Of a stretch of 20,000 nucleotides of DNA, positions 8,651-19,100 are shown in pieces. A program made the translations under genes and the position numbers. Below the pieces are notes generated by a model. The model worked only from the letters and a program-made list of their open reading frames with translations, was not told the DNA's origin and ran no database searches. This DNA is from Peribolospora baueri. Taxonomy: Eukaryota. Location: assembly GCA_029717555.1 (NCBI GenBank), contig JAMDHS010000061.1:108351-128350 (forward strand), read 5' to 3'. The stretch's first letter is position 1; the number at the start of each line of letters is the position of its first letter.

Positions 8651-11289
8651 TCAGCCCTCGTTGACGGGGGGCGTCTTGAAGGGAACGAGCTCGCTACTGC
8701 TGAGGTGGAATGCGTGCTTCTTCTCCCCAATCTTTTGCCATTCCTTCTCCCTCTTATTTCGCCTCACCTCGCGCAGGTGGCCGTCCTTGGCGCGTGCAGC
8801 CACGCCGCTCAGCAAGGCTGCCTTTCCGTCCGTGACCGGGTCAGCGGGGAGGAAGAAGCCCCAGCCGAAGAGGGTCCAGAAGAGGTAGGCTAGGCGAGAG
8901 AGGCGGAAGAAGTGGAAAGAGACGACCCAGATGCAAAGCCTGAGAAGGGGAACGGCGGCAGTCAGAAGAAAAAGAAAGCAGCTCGGTCAGCTTGGTCAAG
9001 GCTCGCATGCGGACGTCGAAGACTCGTGAGGCGAGGCCAGACGCTCACTCCTAAGGACAGCGGATCAGGCCATGGGTTAACGAACAGACAAATACTGGTC
9101 AGCACTACCACCATCTCATCTCGTAACTGCGAGCCACGCTCACAGAATAGGTAAAGAAGTTGAGCCCGCTTCCAGGCGTGCGACTCTTAACGAAGCGGAC
9201 GACGTCGACCCAAAGGCGCATGTCTCTCGGCTTGGGTCTCGTGTCCGGGTCCATCAGGAAGAGGAGAAGGATACGCGTGTAGATGCCAATGTGCCAGTTA
9301 CCCTGGGTAGCGGTGAGCGGGAGAGTCAAAACGTGGTTCTTTTTTCAAACGTCATCGCAAATCACTCACCACCACGCCCTAGCCGGGGAGGAACGACGGA
9401 ACGTCAAGTATGCAAAAGAGGATGGAGCGCGAAACGTCAGGTCAGGTCGCCAGAATGACTGTGGATTGCAGTGGTCATAAAAAACCGGGACTTACGATGG
9501 CATCCATGAAAGCACAGTTCGGCGTGACCACCGAGCTGTCCTGTACGCTGAAATTCTGCAGGTACATGTTCGGGCGACGGTACTCCTAACAGCGCCGAAC
9601 AAAGAGACACATGAGCCAAAGGCAAAGGAGGAATGAGCAAAAATTTCTTTCATTTCCATTCCGTGGGGAGGGACGAGCCATCCACCCACCTCCGAGAAGA
9701 TGTCACCGGGCATAAAGTCCAGGGTGGGCCTTTCGAAGCCTGTCGCGACAATGATGACGTCCGCTTTGACGTGTCTTTCGATGCCCTTGTCGCCGGGCTC
9801 AGTCCCCCTCCTACGCTCAACGTAGCGAACGCCGTCTTCGACGACTTCTTGGATGTCGCCGCGCTTGTAGACGGCTTTTCCCCTGCGAACATGACTGAGA
9901 AACTCGTTGTTGACGATGCTAAGGGATGAAATGAGAGGTCAGGTGTGAGAGAAAAGACAGCGCGCAAAAGGCGCATAGCGTGCGTCGGGGTAGAAGGGAG
10001 GCTCACGGAGTTCCTTGGTAGAGGCCTTTGGTCGGCGAGAGGTCCTTGAGATCGCGGTAGAACAGGTACTTGAGGAGTTGCTCTGGGACCCAGGACAAAG
10101 CGGTCTGCATGCCGGAGATGAGACGAGAGGATAGAGTGCAAAGTGAGAAAGTGCACGTGGTGCGGGACGTCATGTCCGTATCTGCCCGGCGAAAGGGACT
10201 CACCTCCCGTCCGAGCGGGTTGATCATCGCCAAGCCGCCATCCACGAAAAAGTTGCGCGGGATGATCCACTTGTCGCTCCTGGTGATGAGCTGGGCCTTC
10301 CTGCAGCGACGAGCGATGGCAAGCTCGACTGCCTCGACGCCGCTTGCTCCTCCTCCAACTACGAGGACGTCCTTGTCGGAGAGGTCAACATCGTCGAGCC
10401 TGGACGAGTGCACGACTTGCCCTTTGAACTTGTCCTGGCCCGGGAATTCGAGGCTCTTTGGCTTACCACTGAATGTCCATCCGAGACGTCCAAGATTTGC
10501 GAATGGGGGCGTGAGCGAAACTCAGAATGAGACCGATCCAATTCATTCAGGGACTGACCAAGTTCCGACGCAGATTATGACAGCGTCGAACACGCCGTAC
10601 GTGTACGTGTCGTGGTTGATCACCCAGCGCGCGTGGCCGCCCGCGTTGGGGTCCGTGGAGGAGGCATGGCGGGTCACCGACTCGACGTGGGTCTGCGATC
10701 GTGCGGAGCAAGGAGGACGACGGTCAGCGGAGGGTACCTACATCCGCTCGTGGAGCCATTCTTGCGGCTAACTCGCCTCCAGCTCGGTTCTCTGCCTGAG
10801 GCCATACGACTCCCACACGTAACGAATGTTCTCGAGAATCTCCTCTCGCTTGGGGTAGTTGTGCTTGAAGGCGACGGAAGGGAAGAAGCGGAACATGGCC
10901 GATGAGATCTGGAGGCCCGAAGTCGAATTCACGTCCGCCCAGATGCCTCCGATCCTGATGGTAGAAAAGGGGAGGGGGATGTGGGAAAGAGGCGAGTCGT
11001 ATGCGCATGAAATCAAAAGTGGTTCCTTGCCTTGCCTCGCCTTGCCTCGTCTGATCCGATCTACTGTCGGCCCCACTCACTCCTTCTTCTCGTCGAAGAG
11101 GACGACTTCGAAGCCGTGGCCTACGCAATGAGCGGCGCTCGCGACGCCAGTGAGGCCAGCGCCGATGACGGCGACGCGGCCAAGGGGCTTGGCAATCTGA
11201 CCATCTTTGGGCGGCCGGCGGGGGTTGAAGAGGAAAGAAAGTAGGGATTGGTAGAGGAGATAGAGGAGGACGAACGGGTTGAGGATCAT
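8651..11289 (-). CDS. Flavin-containing monooxygenase-like FAD/NAD(P)H-dependent oxidoreductase, 553 aa. Exons: 11289-11081, 10954-10777, 10692-10559, 10468-10204, 10104-10007, 9918-9690, 9585-9496, 9378-9370, 9302-9144, 9050-9049, 8939-8651
   Basis: Motifs: FAD Rossmann RVAVIGAGLTG, IGGIW, CVGTCGKP, FMO-like fingerprint FKGQVVHSS, second Rossmann VLVVGGGASG and DVIIVATGF. Hydrophobic segments lie at both termini. The model totals 1662 nt in frame and uses one GC-AG intron and two microexons. Confidence 0.88.
9049..9050 (-). other. Predicted 2-nt microexon (GA) of the monooxygenase gene
   Basis: The minus strand reads ...CCTGATCCGCTGTCCTTAG|GA|GTGAGC. It is flanked by a complete 93-nt intron (9143-9051) and a complete 109-nt intron (9048-8940). 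It supplies the two bases needed to join FFTYS to ELCIWVVSF. Confidence 0.75.
9370..9378 (-). other. Predicted 9-nt microexon (GGCGTGGTG, Gly-Val-Val) of the monooxygenase gene
   Basis: The minus strand reads CGGCTAG|GGCGTGGTG|GTGAGT, giving MDAI-GVV-GNWHIGIYTR. Confidence 0.75.
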
Positions 11290-12009
11290 TGCGGACGACA
11301 ACTAAGCCTGAATCCAGATGCGTTGGCTCTTGGCGGCCTACAAAGCGATACGGGAGGAAGGGACGAAGGGGGTGCAGCGATGCTAGGTAGGAGAGAGCGC
11401 TGATCGAGTCGACGAAGCCTTCGGCCGGCCATCTTGCGCTGTGTGTCTCTCCTCTCCTGGATTATATGCATGTGCGTCAGGCAATGATGTCTCTTGGCCA
11501 CGATCGACAGCGTCAGGAGCGAGAGACTGACGTCGCCGCTGCATCTGGTCTTCGGCAACGATCGGCCGCAGCCGACCACGTCCCGCACGTGACCGACGCG
11601 TTGCTGCTTCCCCTTCCTTGCTCTCCTCACAGCAGGCCTTCCGAGGCCAGCCACTCCAGGGCGGCGCGGGCGACGAGGTCGAGGCGTCGATTGACCGTCG
11701 TTGTCTGTTGTCTTTGCGGGGACGGATGGTGGCGCAGTATATATGAAGCTGATGGAGACGGCCCTCTCCGCTCTGCTCTTGCCTGGGGTACTGCCGGGCG
11801 GAGATGCCGTGCCGAGTGCGTGGGCGGCCCGTGCGCAGGCGGCGGACAGTCGACCGAATGCAGATACAACAAGACTTGTTCGATTCGTAGCGTCTTACTC
11901 CGTGGAGACGCTAGGCTTGAAAGCCAGCAAGGAAGGCCCCTTGCCGGCGGCCATGGCTGATGCGAGGAAGGGAGGAAGGGTCGGCCGCGGGCTTCGCTTC
12001 GTCAGGCCA

Positions 12010-12170
12010 TTCCTCTTCTTCTCCTCCATCTCTTCCATCTCCTCTTTGTCGTCCCTCTCTTTCTTCTTCTCGTCCGTCTTGCTTTCTCCTCCTCTTTCTT
12101 CTTTGCTTCTCTTTCCTACTAATTGCTAATTTCTTTTCCCGTCTCCCTTCTCCTTCCCTCAGTCATTCCT
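12010..12170 (+). promoter_or_regulatory. Long CT-rich polypyrimidine tract upstream of the DUF4203 gene (likely core promoter/5' UTR)
   Basis: About 160 nt of almost pure C/T just upstream of the ATGs. Such tracts are common at fungal transcription start sites. Confidence 0.45.
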
Positions 12171-12292
12171 TAGATGACGGTGACCGCGACGTCGACTGCT
12201 ACTGCTGCTACTACGACGGCGACCATATGACCACTCAAACACACAACACGGACACTCACATAGGCAACAAAGCTGTTTTTTCTTTGGCCGCG

Positions 12293-15200
12293 ATGGCGGT
12301 TGGCTCCTTTCGTTGGCGCAGCCACGCCTCTCTCCTTTCTCCTTCTCGCTGCTCGTTGGTCTGTCTCCTCCTGCTTCTTCTCTCCTCCGCCGTCGTCGTA
12401 TCCGCCTCGGCTGCTCCAGCCGTCGAGCGCCGCGTACCTTCCACCTTCAGCTTGCGCGAACGGCAGATCCAGCGCCCCGTCTCGGCAGCCCCATCATCTC
12501 GCCCTTCGAGCGTTCCAGCGATGTCAGCCTCGTCACCGCCTCCGCCTCCGTCCTCGCATACAACTATCACAGTCATCACGACTACCCTAGCCTCTGGAGC
12601 CACACAGCCTCCAGCCGTCTCCGGCCTGAGCGGCACGAGGTCCGGCAACGTTCTCGTCACCAGCGTCTACACCGTCGTGCCCATCTCCTCCAGCCCGCCA
12701 TCGAGCTCGGTTAGGTCTCTTGGCTCCTCGACAGACAGCTTTTCAGTTACGTCTACGACCTTGCCTACGCCTACATCTCACAAGGGTGCCGGCATACATC
12801 TTCCCAACCCCTCGCTGCCGCTTGACATCCCGTTCAATGGTGTATGGGGAGTGCTCGGCGTCGTGTTGATGATCACCGGCTTTCCTCTGTGTTTTCTCGG
12901 AGCCAGAAACAGATGGAGCTCGTTGTTCTTTGTCGGGTAAGCGTGACGGCCAGCTTCCGGTTCCCCTCTGCGGTCGTCCGAGGAGACAATGCCGCCTAAC
13001 ATCTCACTTACCGGCGCCTCCTTCGCACCCTTCCCTTCCTGTTCAGATTCTATACTCTCTCGATCGTTACCATCTGCCTCATCTTCAAGTGGGGTGTACT
13101 GCCGATGATTGCGCTCGCCAAACCGCCGCCAATGCATCTCCAAGTCGTTTTCCTCGTCGTCTCCATCATCGCCGGCTTCATCGGCGGCGCCGTTTGTGTG
13201 CTCACCCCCTCCTGGTCTCGCCATCTCGTCCCCGCTTACGGCGGCTTTCTCTTCGCCCTCTGGATCCAAAGCCTGCATCAGGACGGCCTCATCCACCGGA
13301 TCGGCATCCGCATTGGCGTATATATGAGCAGCATAGGATCTGGCCTCGTCGCCTCTTTGTTCGTCTCCAGCGTCAGCCGCGACGGACACGAGTACAGTGG
13401 TCTCAAGGTGGCCTTCATGATGCTCGGCACAGCGTGGACGGGCGCCTTTGCGTTCATTCTCGGTGTCGACTGCTTTACCAGACAGGGCCTCAAGGAGTAC
13501 GAAACGTTCAACCTCGGCTTCGGAGATTTGTTCTCCGCCCAGCTCGGTCGCGGCAAGTTTCCCGTTACGCAGAGGATGCAGGCCGAGCTGGCGGTCACCT
13601 GTGCGACGGCGATACTCGGGTGAGTAGTCTATCGAAGCGGAGGGGGTATAGTCGCTTGACATGGCCACTGGCCAATAGCTTCTGGTCCTGAGTGAAGATC
13701 AACCGTCCGTACACCGTTCCTCCCTCCGCCCGCCTTCAGTGTCCTCTCCCAGTCTTTGCTCCTTCACATGGTCAACAAGCGCAGACGCCTTCGCGGTCGA
13801 TCGCCCGAAGCTCGCTCCGTCCGCGAATCCTTGCGCAAAGGTCGCGAGCGTTCGACCATGCTCAACGTTCAGCGAGAGAAAGACCGCCAGCTCTGGGAGG
13901 CCCGGCACGGGCGTGGAAAGGCACGTGAATCGGGAGAGGAGGAGCACGATCCTGAGTGGACGACGGCCAGAGGGGACGCTGAGACGATGGTCGGAGAGGG
14001 TCGGAAGGCGGTGTTGAACGATAAGGAGACGACACCCAAGCTCACCGCGGTGAAGTCCACGGATGAGCAGACCCACCGTCGTACCGGACCCTTCAAAGGA
14101 CCGAGGACTTCCAACCTCTCGCTCAGCATGTGCTCACACGGAGTGGCAGGCGAAAACGCTAGGAAGCTCACGCCCGTATCAGAGCTTCATCTGCCGGCTG
14201 CCAGCTCTCTGACTTTGGGCAAGGGTGAGGCCGCGCCCGAGAACTTGGCCAAGGGAGATGGGAATGAGAACGGTCCCCGAAGCGCCACAGGGGGCGGCAA
14301 CTTGACGAGGAGCGAGGAAACGGCAGAGAAGGAGGTCGCGGAGGAGCTCAAGGTGAACAACGTGGGCGAGCGGAACACACAGGGCCATGATCACCGCAAC
14401 GCTCCTTCGAAATCGCGCCCGGCCGAAGAGGCCACCGGCCGTCGCTTCAGCAGAATCAACCTTCCCTCAACGCATCGTCCGGCCGGCGGACCCTCGCTGG
14501 CCATGGAGCCCATTGCGCCGCTGTCGTTCGACTCCTTCGGCGGGAAGGAGACGATCAGCTCTTTTCGGTTGGTCGCGGAAGCAGGCGTCGGTGCGCTGAA
14601 CGCGGCGAAAAAGTCAAGTTGCGCGGAGGAGGCAGGAGAGGATGGTGAGTTCAAAACGGGCGTTTGAAAGGCGCGTTTTAAGGGTTCGGTTCTACACGAC
14701 GTCTTACCTTTTTGGCCGTCTTTTGTCCCGGTGTCTTATCATAGTTCCCTCGACACGCAAGGAAAGCGGAAGTCATCAGGCGAAGTCGGAACACCTCACC
14801 TTTGCCGGCGATTCCCCTTTGAAATACCATAGGAAGCAGGGCTCTTCCGTCTTTGACATCGTCGCTTCGGGCGGTGGCAGGGCGCTGCTGGAAAAGAAGC
14901 GCGAGTCCGTCGCATCCTTTCTTCAGCCCAAGTCTCCCAAGGCGAGCAAGAAGGGTTCGACAGACTCGGAGGGATCGGTGGTGGCGCTGAAGAAGCGGGA
15001 GGCGCTGCATTCAAGGCGCAAGTCGAGCACATCTCTGCTTCCCAGAGACGCCGCGGCTACGTCAGCAAGGCTCGCCGCCGCTGTGCAGGGTCAGGCCATC
15101 GAGGACGGCAGCGGCAGGAATGACGAGGGGGTTAAGCTCGTGGAGTCGCCCACCAAGAAGGGCGTAGCTATGTCCAAGGTGGAACTCGCCCGTCGCCACT

Positions 15201-15547
15201 CGCGCCAGCTCTCTTCGCTCCAATCGTCGGCAACAAAGGCAGTGGAAAAAGAGGAGGCGAAGCGCGAGGAGGCGAAGATGCTAACGACGGAGATGACCAG
15301 GTGGAGGGCGAGGGTAAGGCGCGAGGCTGAAGAGATGCGCTTCTTCGAGTCGAAGAGAGAAGAACTGGTGGAGAAGGCTAAGAAGAAGAAGAGGGACGAT
15401 CTGATGGCCCAGACGGACGCCCAGCGCGCCTCCGCTACACCCCAGGTGGCCCATGCGGATCCGAAGGGCAAGGCTAAAGAGGCCAGACCGGAGGGAACGG
15501 GGGGAATGAATCTCTTTCGCCCCTTTCGCAAGCTCGCTTCCGGCTGA
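12293..15547 (+). CDS. Membrane protein with signal peptide, S/T/P-rich extracellular region, DUF4203 (TM7S3/TMEM198-like) multi-TM domain and long disordered cytoplasmic tail, ~974 aa. Exons: 12293-12936, 13047-13619, 13740-14644, 14745-15547. An alternative in-frame ATG lies at 12227
   Basis: The signal peptide is LVCLLLLLLSSAVVVSASA. The TM region starts GVWGVLGVVLMITGFPLCFLGARNRWSSLFFVGFY and includes GTAWTGAFAFILGVDCFTRQGLKEY, which I recognise as typical of fungal DUF4203 proteins. The three GT-AG introns are phase-consistent (2925 nt). Confidence 0.75.
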
Positions 15548-15725
15548 TCCGACGTCTGCCTCCCCGGCTCTTGTAGCGACCGGAAGGAAGGCTGTCGGGC
15601 GTCGGGACGGAGCGAAAGAAGGTGATCGCGTGGTCGCCGTGGATAGACGATTTGCGAAGTTGTCCGACTCGAGAGGGAAGCGTGTAGGATAGACAAAGTT
15701 TGCATAGGGCACCTAGCGACGTCCG

Positions 15726-15761
15726 ACTACGTGAACGTACTGCACTATGTGAACGTACTGC
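15726..15761. repeat. 18-bp tandem duplication ACTAYGTGAACGTACTGC x2
   Basis: ACTACGTGAACGTACTGC (15726-15743) is followed directly by ACTATGTGAACGTACTGC (15744-15761), with one mismatch. Confidence 0.9.
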
Positions 15762-16057
15762 TTGCTGAGCGTTGGGTATCTGGAGGTGTCGAGGAGGAAA
15801 CAAAAGAGCCAAGGCCTCGCGCGCTCGTCAGGATCCGAAGGCGGAGGGATGAATTCAGGGAGCGTGAGGTCGCCGGATGATGTCGGTTTATTTGTTTGCA
15901 TGTATGTGTGCATGAACGGTTGTAATTTACGCGGCAGGCGTGGCCCGAGCGCGACGCGTCGAGTGGTCGAGTGCCGGCTGGGCGGAAGGGGTCCGAGGCA
16001 GGGGCACAGGGAGAAGCGAGCAAGCGGCCGAGGCGGGGCGAGGGCGAAAGAGGGGAC

Positions 16058-16064
16058 ATATAAA
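16058..16064 (+). promoter_or_regulatory. Candidate TATA box of rec8
   Basis: ATATAAA lies ~90 nt upstream of the rec8 ATG and is followed by a CT-rich stretch. Confidence 0.45.
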
Positions 16065-16151
16065 GACCAGGCGGCTCGCCGCCTTCCCTCCTCCCTCCAT
16101 CTCTCTCCCATCGAAGACCGGACGAAAGAACGAGAGAGAGAGACCTTCATC

Positions 16152-19100
16152 ATGTTCTTCTCCAACGACCTCCTCGCAAGAAGCAAGGGCGGCCTCGGCA
16201 TCGTCTGGTGAGACGAGTCGCACTTCATTTCACTTCGTCTCTTCACCCATCCTCCACTGCGCTCACTCCCCCCACCCCCGCCCTCAGGCTAGCGGCGACG
16301 ATAGGCAGCAGGAACGCGTTCCGCAAGCTGAGCAAGAAGGAAGTGTTGAACTGTGACCTTTCTAAGGCTTGGTCAGTCGCCGGTCCCTTTCTCGCTTCGC
16401 TTGACCCACCGAACGCCGTATCCACCCTTCATCCTCTTTCCCCCATCCCGCCCACAGCGAGAAGCTCGCCTCTCCGCCCGAACCCATGGCCCTCCGCTTG
16501 TCCAGCAACCTCATGTGGGGTATCGCCAGGATCTATTCGCAACAGGTGAGCGCCATCCCCGTGGCCCACGGTAATATGCTCGTCCTCGACCGGCGAGTAT
16601 ACCGACAAGTCCAAGCTCCTGTCCTGCGTCCAAACGCGCTCACGTCTGCCGTCTGCCCCTACGCTCACAAGTGGGAGCTGTACTACGTCGAAGTGAACAA
16701 CTGCTTCGTCACGCTGCGCAAGGCGATCAGCGATATCCATGATGCCACCACGAAAAAAGTCTCCGAGTCGATCGATATGCCTAGACGGCCCGCCAGGTGA
16801 GAGGGAAATCGCAAAGCGGCTGACCTCGGCCGGTCGCCTTGCCCAAGCGCTGACCGAAACGGACCGATCCGTGTATGCGCATATCCAGGCCCGAGGCCAT
16901 CACGATGGCAGCCAACTCGATTGCAGAATTCGGTGTCGACTTTAACTGGGTGAGTGAGCCCATCGTCTGGCCGAGCTCCGACACCCAAGTGCTGAGACTG
17001 ATTCACTCCTTCCTCGGCTTTCCCGGGTCCCGTTGACGCCAAGGACATGAACGATGTCGGCAGAGGGCTCGACAAGGAGCATGTCGATATGGGAAGCGGT
17101 TTTGGCAGCAGCAGCAGAGACGGTCGGTATTTAGTATCAATCGACCGCAAAAAGCCAAGCGCGTGAGCTCGCTGACACTTCCCGTGCCGTCGCCTGGCTC
17201 AGTGTCCGCGAAGCCCAGCTCGCTTATCGCAGATCGGAGCAAGATCACGCTGCCCGAGCGTGACATGGATTTCTTCGGCGACGTCGAAGGAGACATCTTC
17301 GACGCCACGTATGGTCTCCAAGGTGAAAGCTTCGAGCCTATCGACCTCGGCTTCGACTTCGGCGACGACCGTGGAGTCGAACCCGGAGCGTCCAGTACCC
17401 CGCCTGAAGGCGTTGGCTTTGGTCGCGACTTCTCATCGCCCATCGGCGCTGAGCCCGGCATGAGGCAGAGAGGACGAAGCAGCGTCGTCGCCCCCGAGAC
17501 CGGGGGTGACGTGGGCGTTGACATTGACCATCACTTTGGCCTCGAGGAACCTCACCGGGACCTGCGGTGAGCGATCCGGACCGGGGGCACGTCAGAGCCG
17601 GCCTTCAGCTGACTCGACCGATCGACCTCCGTTCACCGTTCCGCAGCGGCTCTGACGTCGGAGAGGTGGGAAGGACAGTACGGTGAATGCTGGGTTGGGG
17701 GCTTGCTGACCTGATCTAATCTCTTGGACGGATCCTTCATCACAAAGTACCAGGGCCTCGAGCCTGAAGCCGTCGGCACGCACACCTCGCTCCGTCCAGC
17801 CCTCAAAAGGCCAGCAGCGGAGGGAGGCGAAAGTGATGAGCAGATCGCTCAGAGAGTGGCCAAGAGAACTCGTCGCACCCGTTTCGTGATCGAAGACGTG
17901 CGCCTGGAGCTGACAGATGCTGAGCTAGACGCGTTTGAAGACAATTATGAGGACGAAATGATCCGTGGGGGAGCTGAAGTCAGTAGGAGAGAGCAGGAGA
18001 AGAGGGACCGCGAGTGGGCGAACCAAATGCTCACCGGCGCCCCGGCCGGGTTCTTTGCGCCCGAGCTCATTCGGTTCTGGGCGACCTATGTGACGAGCCA
18101 CATCGAAGCTAGGGGTAAGAGTTGCATCGTCGTTCTCATCGTTGAGCGCCAGGTTTGTTGAACGGGGGCTTGCTCACACCAATTTATGGCACCCTGCGAC
18201 CTGAAGATGCTGAAGCCCAGGTCCAAAAACGTCAAGCACGGGCTGCCGCCGAAAGGGCGAGGGCACCCGAAGATTTTGCTGGAGCGGAAGGAATGGAATA
18301 TGATATGCGTGAGTAGGCATGCAGGTGTGAAGAACCTAATCGGCGCGCAAAAGCTCACCACATGGCCTAACCTTGGCCTCGTCGTCAGCCGGTTGGGAGG
18401 ACCACCCTTTCCCTTCCTCGTCGCCGCGTCTGGCCGCTCTTGGAGAGCCCGCAGAGATTTTGAGTGATCGAGATGTCCTGTCCGAGAGGGGCAGGGGCGA
18501 GAGCCAGGGGAGTTTGATGATGCCGTGGAACGCCCTCGCCGCCACCAGACAAAGCTTCGACCTCACTGGTGACTTCGGAAGTGAGTGATGGCGAGCCTGC
18601 TGTGCGTTAAAGGACTTGCAGGCTGATGGCAAGGCTGTCTGGCTCCGACATCGAACAGCTCCTGTCGGCCCTCCCTCTAGTATCACCTGGAGAGCCTTCT
18701 CGGTGGAAACACCACTTCGGCAAGTTGACTTTCGTCCTCGGGCCGCAACCTGTCATCAAAAGTCACCTTTCTAATCCGTCCCTGTGCTTCCGCTCGTCTT
18801 GCGCCCCATCAGGGAACGTCGTACGCGCGAGAGCTCTCTTGTCCCGTCCCGGGCCGGATCCATGTCGCCTCGTCTGGGAAGGCCGTCTTCTCTGGGCATG
18901 GGCGGGCCTGGGTCTATGGCTGCAGAGCAGTTTGAGGGCTTCGAACGTAAGCGCCACAGTTTCTGCAAGGGGACGTTACTTGCAGAGCGATAGCTCATCA
19001 GCCGTAGTTGCGAACAGCGGGCGAAGACGATGTCGGGACCCGGGAGCAGGCCGAACCTGCTGAGCTCGGCCTGGTAGACCTCGAGCGAGAGTCGTACAAC

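Noticed and set aside
12778..13691. 296-aa minus-strand and 253-aa plus-strand ORFs
   Set aside because: These are antisense and alternative-frame overlaps of the DUF4203 TM exon, expected in GC-rich DNA.
14642..15547. Separate 301-aa gene
   Set aside because: It has no ATG at its start and joins the upstream ORF in phase through a GT-AG intron (14645-14744).
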